This document shows positions 46,506-60,304 of a DNA stretch of 64,000 nucleotides, one piece after another. A model generated the notes under the pieces. That model saw only the letters and a list, made by a program, of their open reading frames with translations, was not told the DNA's origin and ran no database searches. This DNA is from Myxococcota bacterium (GTDB taxonomy: Bacteria > Myxococcota_A > UBA9160 > SZUA-336): contig DATJZN010000022.1 of the NCBI GenBank assembly GCA_035499075.1, forward strand, positions 1,240 to 65,239. The letters run 5' to 3'. Position 1 is the stretch's first letter; the number at the start of each line of letters is the position of its first letter. The position numbers were made by a program, and so were the translations under genes.

Positions 46506-47599
46506 AGCAGCTCGTCCAGCGCGGCGAGCAGGCGCGCGACGACCTCGGGCCGCGCGTTCTCGCCCATGAGCCCGATCCGCCAGATGCGGCCCGCGAGCTT
46601 GCCGAGCCCGCCGCCGACCTCGATGCCGTGGCGCTCGAGCAGGCGCTTGCGCAGCGCGGCCTCGTCGGGCACGGGCGGCAGCACCGAGTTCAGCATGGGC
46701 AGCCGCCGGCCCGGCTCGACCAGCATGCGGAAGCCGCGCGCCTCGAGGCCGGCCACCAGGAGCCGTGACGCTTCTCTGTGTCGGGCGAAGCGCGCGTCGA
46801 GGCCCTCGTCGAGCACGCGCTCGAGCGCGGCGTACAGCGCGTAGATCATCGAGATCGGCGCCGTGTGATGATAGACGCGCGTCGCGCCCAGGTACCGGCC
46901 GATCAGCGTGAAATCGAGGTACCAGCTCTGCACGGGCCGCGAGCGGCGCTCCAGCCGCGCGAGCGCTCGGGGGCCCAGCGCGATCGGCGACAGGCCGGGC
47001 GGACACGCCAGGCACTTCTGCGTGCCGGAGTACGCCGCGTCGATCCGCCAGTCGTCGAAGCGCACGTCGATGCCCGACAGCGAGGTCACGCAATCGACGA
47101 GCACGAGCGCGCCCGCTTCGCGGGCGGCGCGCGCAACCTCGGCGATCGGCTGTTCGACGCCGGTCGACGTCTCGGCGTGAACCAGCGCGACGAGCGGGGG
47201 CCGGCGCGCCGCGATCTCGGCCACGAGCTTGTCGACGGGCACGATCTCGCCCATCTCGGCCTCGACGCGCACCACGCGCGCCCCCGCGCGCTCCGCGATC
47301 GCGGAGATGCGCTCCCCGAACACGCCGTTCACCGCGACGAGCGCCGTCTCGCCGGGCTCGAGCAGATTCACCAGGCACGCCTCCATGCCGGCGCTGCCCG
47401 TCCCCGACAGCGGGAACGCGAACGCGCCCTCGCTCTTGAACACGCGGCGCAGCTGGCCCTGCATCTCGTCGAGCAGCGCGAGGAACGCGGGATCGAGGTG
47501 CCCGACGAGCGGGCGCGCGAGCGCTTCGCGCACGGCCGCGGAGACGTTGCTGGGACCGGGGCCGAGGAGCAGCCGCTCGGGCATCGCGAAGGGCGCCAT
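46502..47599 (-). CDS. Class V aminotransferase (serine-pyruvate / alanine-glyoxylate type)
   Basis: LLLGPGPSNV N-terminus and SGTQKCL PLP-lysine motif. Start is ATG 47599 or 47584. The track ORF extends spuriously to 47743. Confidence 0.88.
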   Translation of the reverse strand: MAPFAMPERLLLGPGPSNVSAAVREALARPLVGHLDPAFLALLDEMQGQLRRVFKSEGAFAFPLSGTGSAGMEACLVNLLEPGETALVAVNGVFGERISAIAERAGARVVRVEAEMGEIVPVDKLVAEIAARRPPLVALVHAETSTGVEQPIAEVARAAREAGALVLVDCVTSLSGIDVRFDDWRIDAAYSGTQKCLACPPGLSPIALGPRALARLERRSRPVQSWYLDFTLIGRYLGATRVYHHTAPISMIYALYAALERVLDEGLDARFARHREASRLLVAGLEARGFRMLVEPGRRLPMLNSVLPPVPDEAALRKRLLERHGIEVGGGLGKLAGRIWRIGLMGENARPEVVARLLAALDELL

Positions 47600-47624
47600 C
47601 GCGCGAAGTATACTGGGCGGCCCG

Positions 47625-47978
47625 ATGGCGAAGGACCCGAGCTGTCTCTTCTGCAGGATCGCGGCGCGCGAGCTGCCCGCGAAGCTCGTGTTCGAGAGCG
47701 AGCGCGCCGTCGCGTTCGAGGACCGCGAGCCGCAGGCGCCCACGCACGTGCTCGTGGTGCCGCGCGAGCACGTTCCTTCGACGCTCGAGGTGACGCCCGA
47801 GAGCCACGCGCTGGTGGGCGAGCTGGTCGAGATCGCGGCGCAGCTCGCGCGCGAACGCGGCTTCGCCGACGACGGCTACCGGCTGGTCTTCAACACGAAC
47901 CGCGCCGCGGGCCAGACGGTCTTCCACCTGCACCTGCACCTCCTGGGCGGGCGGCGATTCGGCTGGCCGCCCGGGTGA
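47625..47978 (+). CDS. HIT-family (HinT-like) nucleotide hydrolase
   Basis: ATG 47625. CLFCRI... and histidine triad HLHLHLLGG. 117 aa. Confidence 0.9.
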   Translation: MAKDPSCLFCRIAARELPAKLVFESERAVAFEDREPQAPTHVLVVPREHVPSTLEVTPESHALVGELVEIAAQLARERGFADDGYRLVFNTNRAAGQTVFHLHLHLLGGRRFGWPPG

Positions 47979-48012
47979 CCCTGACCTAGACTGCCGCCAA
48001 CCCGAGGTCCGC

Positions 48013-48312
48013 TTGTTCCGACTTCTCCTGCTCGTCCTCCTCGCGGCGGCGGCCTTCGTCCTCGTCGAGGCCCGCTGGTCGCCCGACACGCTCACGCTCA
48101 GCCTGCGCGTCCGCACGGCCAAGGAGCTCGTCGCGGCCACGCAGGGGCGCGCGCGCGAGCTCGGCGAGCGCGCCGTGGAGAAGCTGAAGAACGAGACGCC
48201 GCCCGTTGCGTCCGCCCCGCCCGAGCGCACCGAGCCCGATCCCGAGAGCCTGCGCGACTCCGACCGCGCCCGGCTGAATCGCCTGGTCGAGGAGAAGAGC
48301 CGGGAGAGATAG
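48013..48312 (+). CDS. Small membrane-anchored charged protein, unknown function
   Basis: 99 aa, TTG start. N-terminal TM FRLLLLVLLAAAAFVLV followed by a charged tail. Sits 4 nt upstream of dgt. Confidence 0.5.
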   Translation: MFRLLLLVLLAAAAFVLVEARWSPDTLTLSLRVRTAKELVAATQGRARELGERAVEKLKNETPPVASAPPERTEPDPESLRDSDRARLNRLVEEKSRER

Positions 48313-48315
48313 GGA

Positions 48316-49470
48316 GTGCGCACGCGCGCCGAGCTCGAGGAGCGCGAAGCCGGGTCGCTCGCGCCGTACGCGCAGAAGGCGCGCGACTCGCGCGGACGCG
48401 TCGAGCCCGAGCCTGCGCACGCCTACCGCACGGCGTTCCAGCGCGACCGCGACCGCGTGCTGCACGCGCGCGCGTTCCGCCGCCTGCAGTACAAGACGCA
48501 GGTCTTCCCGTACTCGGAAGGCGACCACTTCCGCAACCGCCTCACCCACACGCTCGAGGTGGCGCAGATCGCGCGCACGGTCGCGCGCGCGCTCGGCGCG
48601 AACGAAGACCTGGTCGAAGCGATCGTGTTGTCGCACGACCTCGGCCATCCTCCCTTCGGCCATGCCGGCGAGCATGCCTTGAACCTGTTGCTGAAGCCGC
48701 AGGGCGGCTTCGAGCACAATCGCCAGAGCCTGCGCATCGTGGACTGGCTCGAGGACCGCGACCCGCGCTACCCGGGGCTGAACCTGTCGCACGAGACGCG
48801 CGCGGGCATCCTGAAACACGGCTCCGACTTCCCGCGCTACGCGCACCCGGTGCCCCTGCCCGAGCTCGGGCCCGGCCCGAGCGTCGAGGCGCAGATCGCC
48901 GATCATTGCGACTCGATCGCGTATCACACGCACGACCTCGACGATGGGCTGCGCGCCGACATCCTGGTGTGGGACGAGCTCGAGGAGCTCGCGCTGTTCC
49001 GGCGCGCGCTCGACGCGGCGCGCGCGCACGGGAAGGGCGACGCGCGCAGCGCGCGGCCGCGGCTCGGCGTGGCGCTCATCGACCTGCTCGCGACCGACCT
49101 CGTGGAGGCGAGCGCCGCTCGGCTCGAGCGACACGCTCCGGTGTCGCCTGAAGCGGCCGCCGCCGCGCCGGAGCGGCTGGTCGCCTTCTCGCCCGAGCTC
49201 GCTGCCGAGAAGCGCGAGGTCGCGCGCTTCCTGCTCGAGCGCTTCTACCGGCACCACCGCGTGCTGCGCATGGCGGCGAAGGCCGAGCGCATCCTCGGCG
49301 ACCTGTGGCGCGCCTATGCCGAGGACCCGCGCCAGCTCCCGCCTCACGTGCTCGAGCGCGCCAAGGGCGAGCCGGAAGAGCGCGCCATCGCGGACTGGAT
49401 CGCCGGCATGACCGACCGCTTCGCGATGGACGAGCACGACCGGCTGTTCGACCCTCACACGCACGTCTGA
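48316..49470 (+). CDS. dgt: dGTPase-like HD-domain triphosphohydrolase
   Basis: 384 aa. FQRDRDR..H..AFRRL..KTQVF, RLTHTLEV and HDLGHPPFGH motifs. Confidence 0.92.
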   Translation: MRTRAELEEREAGSLAPYAQKARDSRGRVEPEPAHAYRTAFQRDRDRVLHARAFRRLQYKTQVFPYSEGDHFRNRLTHTLEVAQIARTVARALGANEDLVEAIVLSHDLGHPPFGHAGEHALNLLLKPQGGFEHNRQSLRIVDWLEDRDPRYPGLNLSHETRAGILKHGSDFPRYAHPVPLPELGPGPSVEAQIADHCDSIAYHTHDLDDGLRADILVWDELEELALFRRALDAARAHGKGDARSARPRLGVALIDLLATDLVEASAARLERHAPVSPEAAAAAPERLVAFSPELAAEKREVARFLLERFYRHHRVLRMAAKAERILGDLWRAYAEDPRQLPPHVLERAKGEPEERAIADWIAGMTDRFAMDEHDRLFDPHTHV

Positions 49471-49541
49471 GACCGCTGGCGGCCCGGCGCGCGGCGGATA
49501 GAGTCCCTGCCGGATCGGGGACTTCTGCGAGGGGAAGCATT

Positions 49542-52286
49542 TTGAGACGACGGTGGGGCCGCCGCGGCGGCCGGAACAACGGCGGTGAAGGTGGCGGCGC
49601 AGACCGCCTGCTCGAGCGCCTGCGCGACGCGCGCGGGCTCGGGCTGCGCGAGGTCCAGGCGCTGCCGCGCGGCGAGGACCCGCCCGACGGCATCGCGCTC
49701 GCGACGGCGCGCTGGGAAGGGAACCGTCCGGTCGCGGTGGTGGCCGCCCGGCGCGACAGCCTCGAGCTGCTCGGCTGGGCCCGCGTGGCGGCGAGCCGCG
49801 GCGGGAACGGCCGGAGCCTGCGCGAGGTGCTGATCGCGGCGCCGTTCTTCGGCGAGCGCACGCGCCGGGCGGCGGCGCGCGCGGGCGAGCACGGGCTCGT
49901 GCTCCATCTGGTCAGCTTGCCGGCGCTGGGCGACGCGGGCGAAGCGTTCTCGGTGGAGAGCCACCCCGCACGGCCCGAGCCTGCGCTGCTCGGCGGCGGG
50001 GCGACGCTGCTCGCGCGCGTCCTGCGCGTGATCGAGGGCGCGGCGGCGGTCACGTCGGCGGGCGGCGTGCGGCCGGCCGGCGGCGGCGAGTATCAGGTCT
50101 TCGTGCGCGGCGCGCGCGTCGCGCGGGTCGCGGAGGAGGGCGAGGGCGTCGGCGTCTCGGTGACACAGCCCGAGAGCCGCCAGATCCACGTGAACGAAGC
50201 GAACTTCCCGCGCTGGGGCGTCGAGCTGCACGAGTGGCTCGTCTCGCTCGCGCAGGACCCGCGGCTGCTCGAGAGCGACGCCGCGCGCCGCGACGCCGAG
50301 ATCGAGCGCGCGGCCGACGAAGCGCGCGCGGGAGTCACGGCGCGCTGGCTGCCGTGGAAGCGCGAAGGGGAGGAGATCATCGATTGGGTCGGCGTCGACA
50401 TCGACGGCCGACCCGTCGTCGGCCTGATCCGCGACGCGATCGAGATGGCCGACGTGCCGGGGATCGTCGCCGGCTGGCACCTCGTCGACCTGGAGCGCGC
50501 GACGTGGACGCCGGGCGCGACCGGCTCGCCGCGCATCTCGCTGTGGGCGCGCTCGATCGAGCCCGACGTGCAGCAGCTGCTGGCGGATCTCGCGGGTCCG
50601 CTCCTCCTGGGCCGCGCCGAAGGCGAGGCCTTCGCGGAGCGAGATGCGGACGCCGAGCGCGAGCGCGAAGCCGAGCCCGAAGGCGAGCGGGCGGGCGGCT
50701 ACGGCTTCGAGGGCCGCAGCCGCCGGCGGCGCCGGCGCCGCCGCGGCGGCCGCGGCCGCTTCGAAGAGCGGGCGATCGACAGCGCGCCGGCCTTCGAAGG
50801 CGGCGAAGACCTCGGCGACTCCGAGCGCGAGCTCGACGGCGAGCCGCTCGAAGCCGCCGGGACCGAGCGCGGCGGGGAGCCGCGCAGCTTCGAGGAGCCG
50901 CGCGAGCCCGACGAGCCGGCGGCCGACGACGACTGGCGCGAGGCCGAGCAGGCCGAGCCCGGCGACGCCGGCGAGCTGCGCAGCGAGGGGGAGCTCGAGC
51001 GGCGCGAGGGCGAACCTACACAAGATGGTGTAGGTCGGCGGCGGCGCGGCCGACGTGGCCGGCGGCGGCGCGGCCGGCGCGGCTTCCGCGGCGAGGGCGA
51101 AGGCGAGGGCGAGGGCGCAGGTCGGGCCGCCGACGAAGCCGAGTCCGGGGGCGAGGGCGAACCCGAGGACGACGCCGGCGAGACCCCAGCGCTCGGCGAG
51201 CCCGACGAGGGCGGTGCGCCCGCGAGCGCCGGCGAAGACGAGCTCGTGGAGCACGAGGTCGAAGCCACGCTGGCCGAAGGCGAAGAGGAGCGGGGCGCTC
51301 CCCCCGAGGCCGTCGAGGCGCCGCCTCCGCGCGCGCGCCGCGCGCGCGCCGCGATCGTCGTGCGCGACGAGCCCGAGTCGATCCTGGCTGCGCTCGTGCT
51401 GGCACGCGACCGCCGCACCATCGTGTCGTTCCGCACGCTTCGCCAGGAATCTCTCATGGATTTCTTCAGGGGTCCGGCGACCGACATCCCGGACAACGTC
51501 GATGTGCTCGTGGTCGGCTTCACGGCGCAGCCGCGCCCGAAGGAGGTGCTCGACTCGGCGGAGCTCTTCCGCGGCCGGCTCCAGTGGTTCGATCATCACG
51601 AGTGGGCGATCGAAGACGTGGAGAGGCTGCGCGCCGCGCTCGGCCGCGACTCGATCCTGATCGCGAACGACGCCGCGAGCCCGCTCGCCGCGGTCACGCA
51701 GGTGACCGAGCGGCGCAGTCGCTTCACGGACAAGCTCGTCGACCTGTCGGCGCGCCGGCTGTCCGAGAGCGACATGGCGAAGTGGGGCTACCGCGTGATC
51801 CAGCTGATCCAGCGCATGGCGGCGACGCCCGGGGAGCACCGCGCCGAGATCGTGTCGGTCCTCGCCGGCAAGCCCGCGGACCTGCCGTCGGCGCAGGACG
51901 TCTACCGCGCCGAGACGGACTGGGTCGAACAGCACGACCCGCGCATCGTGCACTTCGGCGAGTACCAGCTCGCGGTGTGCCAGGTGCCCCGCCACCTGGA
52001 TGCGGGCGAGGTAGGCCGCCGCGTGCGCCTGCGGACGGGCGCGCGCCTGTCGCTCGCCGCGCGCGATGGCGACGACCTGGTCATGCTGTCCTGCAACGAC
52101 GAGAAGCGCCCGCTCAACGTGGTGAGCCTGCTCGACGCCGTGGGCCACGAGCTGCCGTTCGTGCGCCCGAAGACGGGCGGCGACCGCATCGGCCGCGCGC
52201 GCGTCGACGAGCTCGACCACCGGCCCGAGCGGATCGAGGAGCTCATCGGCGGCATCGTGCGGCACCGTTCGATGCTCTATGGCTGA
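49542..52286 (+). CDS. 914-aa orphan protein: two NucS/PD-(D/E)xK-like degenerate modules, Arg/Glu/Gly polyampholyte core, C-terminal domain with DHH motif
   Basis: TTG 49542 lies after GAGGGGAAG and is the only plausible start downstream of the dgt stop. GC3 coding bias throughout. No confident family assignment. Confidence 0.7.
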   Translation: MRRRWGRRGGRNNGGEGGGADRLLERLRDARGLGLREVQALPRGEDPPDGIALATARWEGNRPVAVVAARRDSLELLGWARVAASRGGNGRSLREVLIAAPFFGERTRRAAARAGEHGLVLHLVSLPALGDAGEAFSVESHPARPEPALLGGGATLLARVLRVIEGAAAVTSAGGVRPAGGGEYQVFVRGARVARVAEEGEGVGVSVTQPESRQIHVNEANFPRWGVELHEWLVSLAQDPRLLESDAARRDAEIERAADEARAGVTARWLPWKREGEEIIDWVGVDIDGRPVVGLIRDAIEMADVPGIVAGWHLVDLERATWTPGATGSPRISLWARSIEPDVQQLLADLAGPLLLGRAEGEAFAERDADAEREREAEPEGERAGGYGFEGRSRRRRRRRRGGRGRFEERAIDSAPAFEGGEDLGDSERELDGEPLEAAGTERGGEPRSFEEPREPDEPAADDDWREAEQAEPGDAGELRSEGELERREGEPTQDGVGRRRRGRRGRRRRGRRGFRGEGEGEGEGAGRAADEAESGGEGEPEDDAGETPALGEPDEGGAPASAGEDELVEHEVEATLAEGEEERGAPPEAVEAPPPRARRARAAIVVRDEPESILAALVLARDRRTIVSFRTLRQESLMDFFRGPATDIPDNVDVLVVGFTAQPRPKEVLDSAELFRGRLQWFDHHEWAIEDVERLRAALGRDSILIANDAASPLAAVTQVTERRSRFTDKLVDLSARRLSESDMAKWGYRVIQLIQRMAATPGEHRAEIVSVLAGKPADLPSAQDVYRAETDWVEQHDPRIVHFGEYQLAVCQVPRHLDAGEVGRRVRLRTGARLSLAARDGDDLVMLSCNDEKRPLNVVSLLDAVGHELPFVRPKTGGDRIGRARVDELDHRPERIEELIGGIVRHRSMLYG

Positions 52287-52923
52287 GCTCCGCATCAAGG
52301 AGCTCTACCGCTCGATCCAGGGCGAGTCGACGTTCGCGGGCTGGCCCTGCGTGTTCGTGCGCACGGCCGGCTGCGACATCCGCTGCGTGTACTGCGACGA
52401 AGCGCATGCGTTCGGCGGCGGCGAGCGCCTCACGATCGACGAGATCCTCGCGCGCGTCGCTGCGCTCGGCACGAAGCTCGTCGAGGTCACCGGCGGCGAG
52501 CCGCTCGCGCAGAAGGCCACGCCCGAGCTCGTGCGCGCGCTGCTCGGCGCCGGCTACGAGGTGCTGGTCGAGACGGGTGGCCACCACGACATCTCGGTGC
52601 TCGACCCGCGCGCGCACGCGATCGTCGACGTGAAGACGCCGGGCAGCAAGATGGCGCAGCACAACGACTGGGCGAACCTGGAGCGGCTGCGGCCCGGCGA
52701 CGAGGTCAAGTTCGTGCTGTGCGACCGCGTCGACTACGAGTTCGCACGCGACGTCGTGCGCAAGCACGGCCTCGAGTCCCGCGTGCCCGTGCACTTCTCG
52801 CCCGTGCACCCGGGGCTCGATCCCAAGGAGCTCGTGGGCTGGCTGCTCGAGGACGGGCTCCGCGTCCGGCTCAACTTGCAGCTCCACAAGTACGTGTGGG
52901 GGCCCGACGCGAAGAGCGTCTAG
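52279..52923 (+). CDS. queE: 7-carboxy-7-deazaguanine synthase (radical SAM)
   Basis: 214 aa. SIQGEST..G.P.VFVR..GC...C.YCD motif. The ATG overlaps the upstream ORF by 8 nt. Confidence 0.93.
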   Translation: MAELRIKELYRSIQGESTFAGWPCVFVRTAGCDIRCVYCDEAHAFGGGERLTIDEILARVAALGTKLVEVTGGEPLAQKATPELVRALLGAGYEVLVETGGHHDISVLDPRAHAIVDVKTPGSKMAQHNDWANLERLRPGDEVKFVLCDRVDYEFARDVVRKHGLESRVPVHFSPVHPGLDPKELVGWLLEDGLRVRLNLQLHKYVWGPDAKSV

Positions 52924-52961
52924 CGCGCCCGGGCTTCGCTGGACAGATGAGCGGGATTTCC

Positions 52962-52975
52962 TGTACAAACGTACA
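52962..52975. promoter_or_regulatory. Palindrome TGTAC-AAAC-GTACA abutting the tetR start (candidate operator)
   Basis: An AT-rich inverted repeat 2 nt upstream of ATG 52978, within an otherwise GC-rich spacer. Confidence 0.35.
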
Positions 52976-52977
52976 CA

Positions 52978-53604
52978 ATGACCCGCCGCGCCCCCGCCGC
53001 CCGCTCGAACCGGCGCGCGCTCCCGCGCCGCGAGGCGATTCTGGACGCGGCGCTCGCGCTGATCGCGGAGCGCGGCACGGAACAGCTCACGCACCGCAGC
53101 GTCGCGGACGAAGCCGGCGTGGCGCTCGGCTCCACGACGTACTATTTCGCCTCGCGCGACGACCTGGTGCGCGAGGCGTTCCGCCGCTACGTGGTGCGCG
53201 CGCTCGCGCTCCTGGCCGAGATCGCAGGCGACGCGCGGCCGCGCGACGCGGGCGGGCTCGTCGACCTGCTCGTCGAGATCGCGCGCCGCGAGACCAGCGT
53301 CGACTGGCGCTGGACCGTCGTCGTGGAGCACGAGCTCATGCTGCGCGCTGCGCGCGACGCGGAGCTCGCGGCCGATTTCCATCGCTACGAGCGCGCACTC
53401 GCCTCGGGCCTCGCCGAGGCGCTCGAGACGCTCGGCGCGCCGCAGCCATTCGACTCGGCGCGCACCCTCATCGCGCTCGTGCGCGGCTTCGAGCTGGACT
53501 CGCTCACGCGCCCCGACGCCGACCCGGACGACCTGCGCCGCCGGCTCGCGCCGGTGGTCACGCTCGCGCTCCGTCCCCAGCCACGCGCCAAGGAGAAGTC
53601 ATGA
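52978..53604 (+). CDS. TetR/AcrR family transcriptional regulator
   Basis: 208 aa. N-terminal HTH ILDAALALIAERGTEQLTHRSVADEAGVALGSTTYYF. Confidence 0.92.
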   Translation: MTRRAPAARSNRRALPRREAILDAALALIAERGTEQLTHRSVADEAGVALGSTTYYFASRDDLVREAFRRYVVRALALLAEIAGDARPRDAGGLVDLLVEIARRETSVDWRWTVVVEHELMLRAARDAELAADFHRYERALASGLAEALETLGAPQPFDSARTLIALVRGFELDSLTRPDADPDDLRRRLAPVVTLALRPQPRAKEKS

Positions 53605-54464
53605 CGATCCAGCACCTGCCTCCGACCGCTACACCCGAGAGTGTCGCCTCCGTCCTCGCCCGAGACGGCGTCGCGGTGGTCGACCGACTCGTACCGCGCG
53701 CCTTCATGGCTCGGGCGCGCGAGGAGCTCGCGCCCTGGCTCGAGCGCACGCCGTTCGGCACCGACCCGTTCGCGGGCCGGCGCACCAAGCGCACCGGCGG
53801 ACTGGTCGGCCGCTCGGCGGCGTGCCGTGAGCTCGTCATGAACCCGCTCGTGCTCGGGGCGGTGAAGCGTGTGCTGGCGGACGCGTCGAGCTTCCAGCTG
53901 CACCTGTCGCAGGTGATCGCGATCGGCCCCGGCGAGCCGGCGCAGGCCGTGCACCGCGATCAGTGGGGCTTCGATTTCTTCCCGTTCCCGAAGGGCTTCG
54001 AGGTGCAGTGCAACACGATCTGGGCGCTGACCGACTTCACCGCGGAGAACGGCGCGACGCGAGTCATACCGGGCAGTCACCTGCACGCCGATCGGCTGGA
54101 GTACAAGGAGTCCGATACCGAGCCCGCGGAGATGGAGCAGGGCTCCGTCGTGTTCTACTCGGGGGCGCTCTACCACGGCGGCGGCGCCAACCACTCGAAC
54201 GCCGTGCGGATGGGCATCAACCTGACCTACGCGCGCTCGTGGCTGCGCCAGGAAGAGAACCAGTATCTCTCCGTGCCGCAGGAGATCGCGCGCGAGCTGC
54301 CGGACGACGTGCTGCGCTTGATCGGCTACGCCCGCGGCGCGTACGCGCTCGGCTACGTGGACGACCTGCGCGATCCGCTCGACGCGCTGCGCGGGGTGGC
54401 CGAGAGCCGCTCGGCGTTCGGCGAGCTGCAGGAAGCCGCCGCGAAGGCGCGCCAGCCGCTCTGA
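53601..54464 (+). CDS. Phytanoyl-CoA dioxygenase (PhyH) family Fe(II)/2-oxoglutarate oxygenase
   Basis: ATG 53601 overlaps the tetR stop. HRDQ (HxD) ... NGATRVIPGSH ... H..G.N.S...R pattern. 287 aa. Confidence 0.85.
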   Translation: MTIQHLPPTATPESVASVLARDGVAVVDRLVPRAFMARAREELAPWLERTPFGTDPFAGRRTKRTGGLVGRSAACRELVMNPLVLGAVKRVLADASSFQLHLSQVIAIGPGEPAQAVHRDQWGFDFFPFPKGFEVQCNTIWALTDFTAENGATRVIPGSHLHADRLEYKESDTEPAEMEQGSVVFYSGALYHGGGANHSNAVRMGINLTYARSWLRQEENQYLSVPQEIARELPDDVLRLIGYARGAYALGYVDDLRDPLDALRGVAESRSAFGELQEAAAKARQPL

Positions 54465-54476
54465 TTCCTCTCGCGC

Positions 54477-59197
<4,721 letters not shown>

Positions 59198-59226
59198 CGC
59201 GCGGCGCGCGCTGCAACAATCGGAGC

Positions 59227-60303
59227 GTGCAGCTGGCCGTGAGTCCGCCCGTCCTGCCCATGCTCGCGAAGCGCGTCGAGGCGCTGCCCGGCGGCACGGG
59301 CTGGATCTTCGAGCCGAAGTGGGACGGCTTCCGCGTGCTTGTGTTCCGCGACGGCGACGAGCTCCTCCTGCAGAGCCGCGACGAGAAGCCGCTCGACCGC
59401 TACTTCCCCGAGCTGCGCGCGCCGCTCCTCGCCGGCTTGCCGCGCAAGTGCGTGCTCGACGGCGAGCTCGTGCTCGCGCGCGACGGCGCGCTCGACTTCG
59501 AGGCGCTGCAGCAGCGCCTCCACCCGGCGGCTTCGCGCGTGGCGCTGCTCGCCGACACCACGCCGGCCTCGGTGGTGTTCTTCGACGCGCTGTGCGAGGG
59601 CGAGCGCGACCTGCGCGCGCGCGGCTTCGCCGAGCGGCGCGCGGTCCTCGCGCGCGTGCTCGCGAGCGCGTCGCCGCCGCTGCACCTGACTCCCGCGACC
59701 GGAGACCGCGGCGTGGCTGCGGACTGGTTCCGCCGCTTCGAGGGCGCCGGACTCGATGGCGTGATGGCGAAGCCCGCCGCCGGCCCGTACGAGCCGAACA
59801 AGCGCGCGATGCTGAAGGTGAAGCACGAGCGCGAGTGCGACTGCGTGGTGGCCGGCTTCCGCTGGCACAAGAACGGGCGCGGCTCCGCGATCGGCTCGCT
59901 GCTGCTCGGGCTGTTCGACGAGGCCGGCGCGCTGCAGCACGTGGGCGTCGCGTCGAGCTTCACCGACGCGAAGCGGCGCGAGCTCGTCGCGTTCCTGGCG
60001 CCCTGGCGCGAGAACGCGCTCGCCGGCCACCCGTGGAGGTCGTGGGCGGGCGAAGCCGACCCGCTCGACGCACGGCGGAAGCCCGGCGCCAAGAGCCGCT
60101 GGAGCCGCGACAAGGACCTGTCGTGGGAGCCGCTGCGGGCCGAGCTCGTGGCCGAGGTCGCGTACGATCACATGCAGGGCTCGCGCTTCCGGCACATCGC
60201 CCACTTCCGGCGCTGGCGCCCCGACAAGCCGCCGCGCGAGTGCACCTACGCTCAGCTCGAGGTCGTGCCTCCGCACGAGCTCGCCGAGATCTTCGCGCGC
60301 TAG
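59227..60303 (+). CDS. ATP-dependent DNA ligase, LigC-type (ligase domain only)
   Basis: 358 aa. Motif I EPKWDGFR (AMP-lysine), DGELV, LDGVMAK, MLKVK. Has an OB domain but no fused Pol or PE domains. Confidence 0.92.
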   Translation: MQLAVSPPVLPMLAKRVEALPGGTGWIFEPKWDGFRVLVFRDGDELLLQSRDEKPLDRYFPELRAPLLAGLPRKCVLDGELVLARDGALDFEALQQRLHPAASRVALLADTTPASVVFFDALCEGERDLRARGFAERRAVLARVLASASPPLHLTPATGDRGVAADWFRRFEGAGLDGVMAKPAAGPYEPNKRAMLKVKHERECDCVVAGFRWHKNGRGSAIGSLLLGLFDEAGALQHVGVASSFTDAKRRELVAFLAPWRENALAGHPWRSWAGEADPLDARRKPGAKSRWSRDKDLSWEPLRAELVAEVAYDHMQGSRFRHIAHFRRWRPDKPPRECTYAQLEVVPPHELAEIFAR

Positions 60304-60304
60304 C
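60299..60304. repeat. Target-site duplication GCTAGC (left copy)
   Basis: Identical hexamer at 61339-61344, flanking the TGTCG...CGACA ends of the IS. Confidence 0.8.

Noticed and set aside
51000-51130. Short tandem-looking GGCGAG/GGCGAA/CGGCGG repeats (possible microsatellite or CRISPR-like periodicity).
   Set aside because: They are in frame within the 914-aa ORF and encode GEGEGEGEG and [12 protein letters not shown] low-complexity peptide. There is no spacer-repeat architecture.
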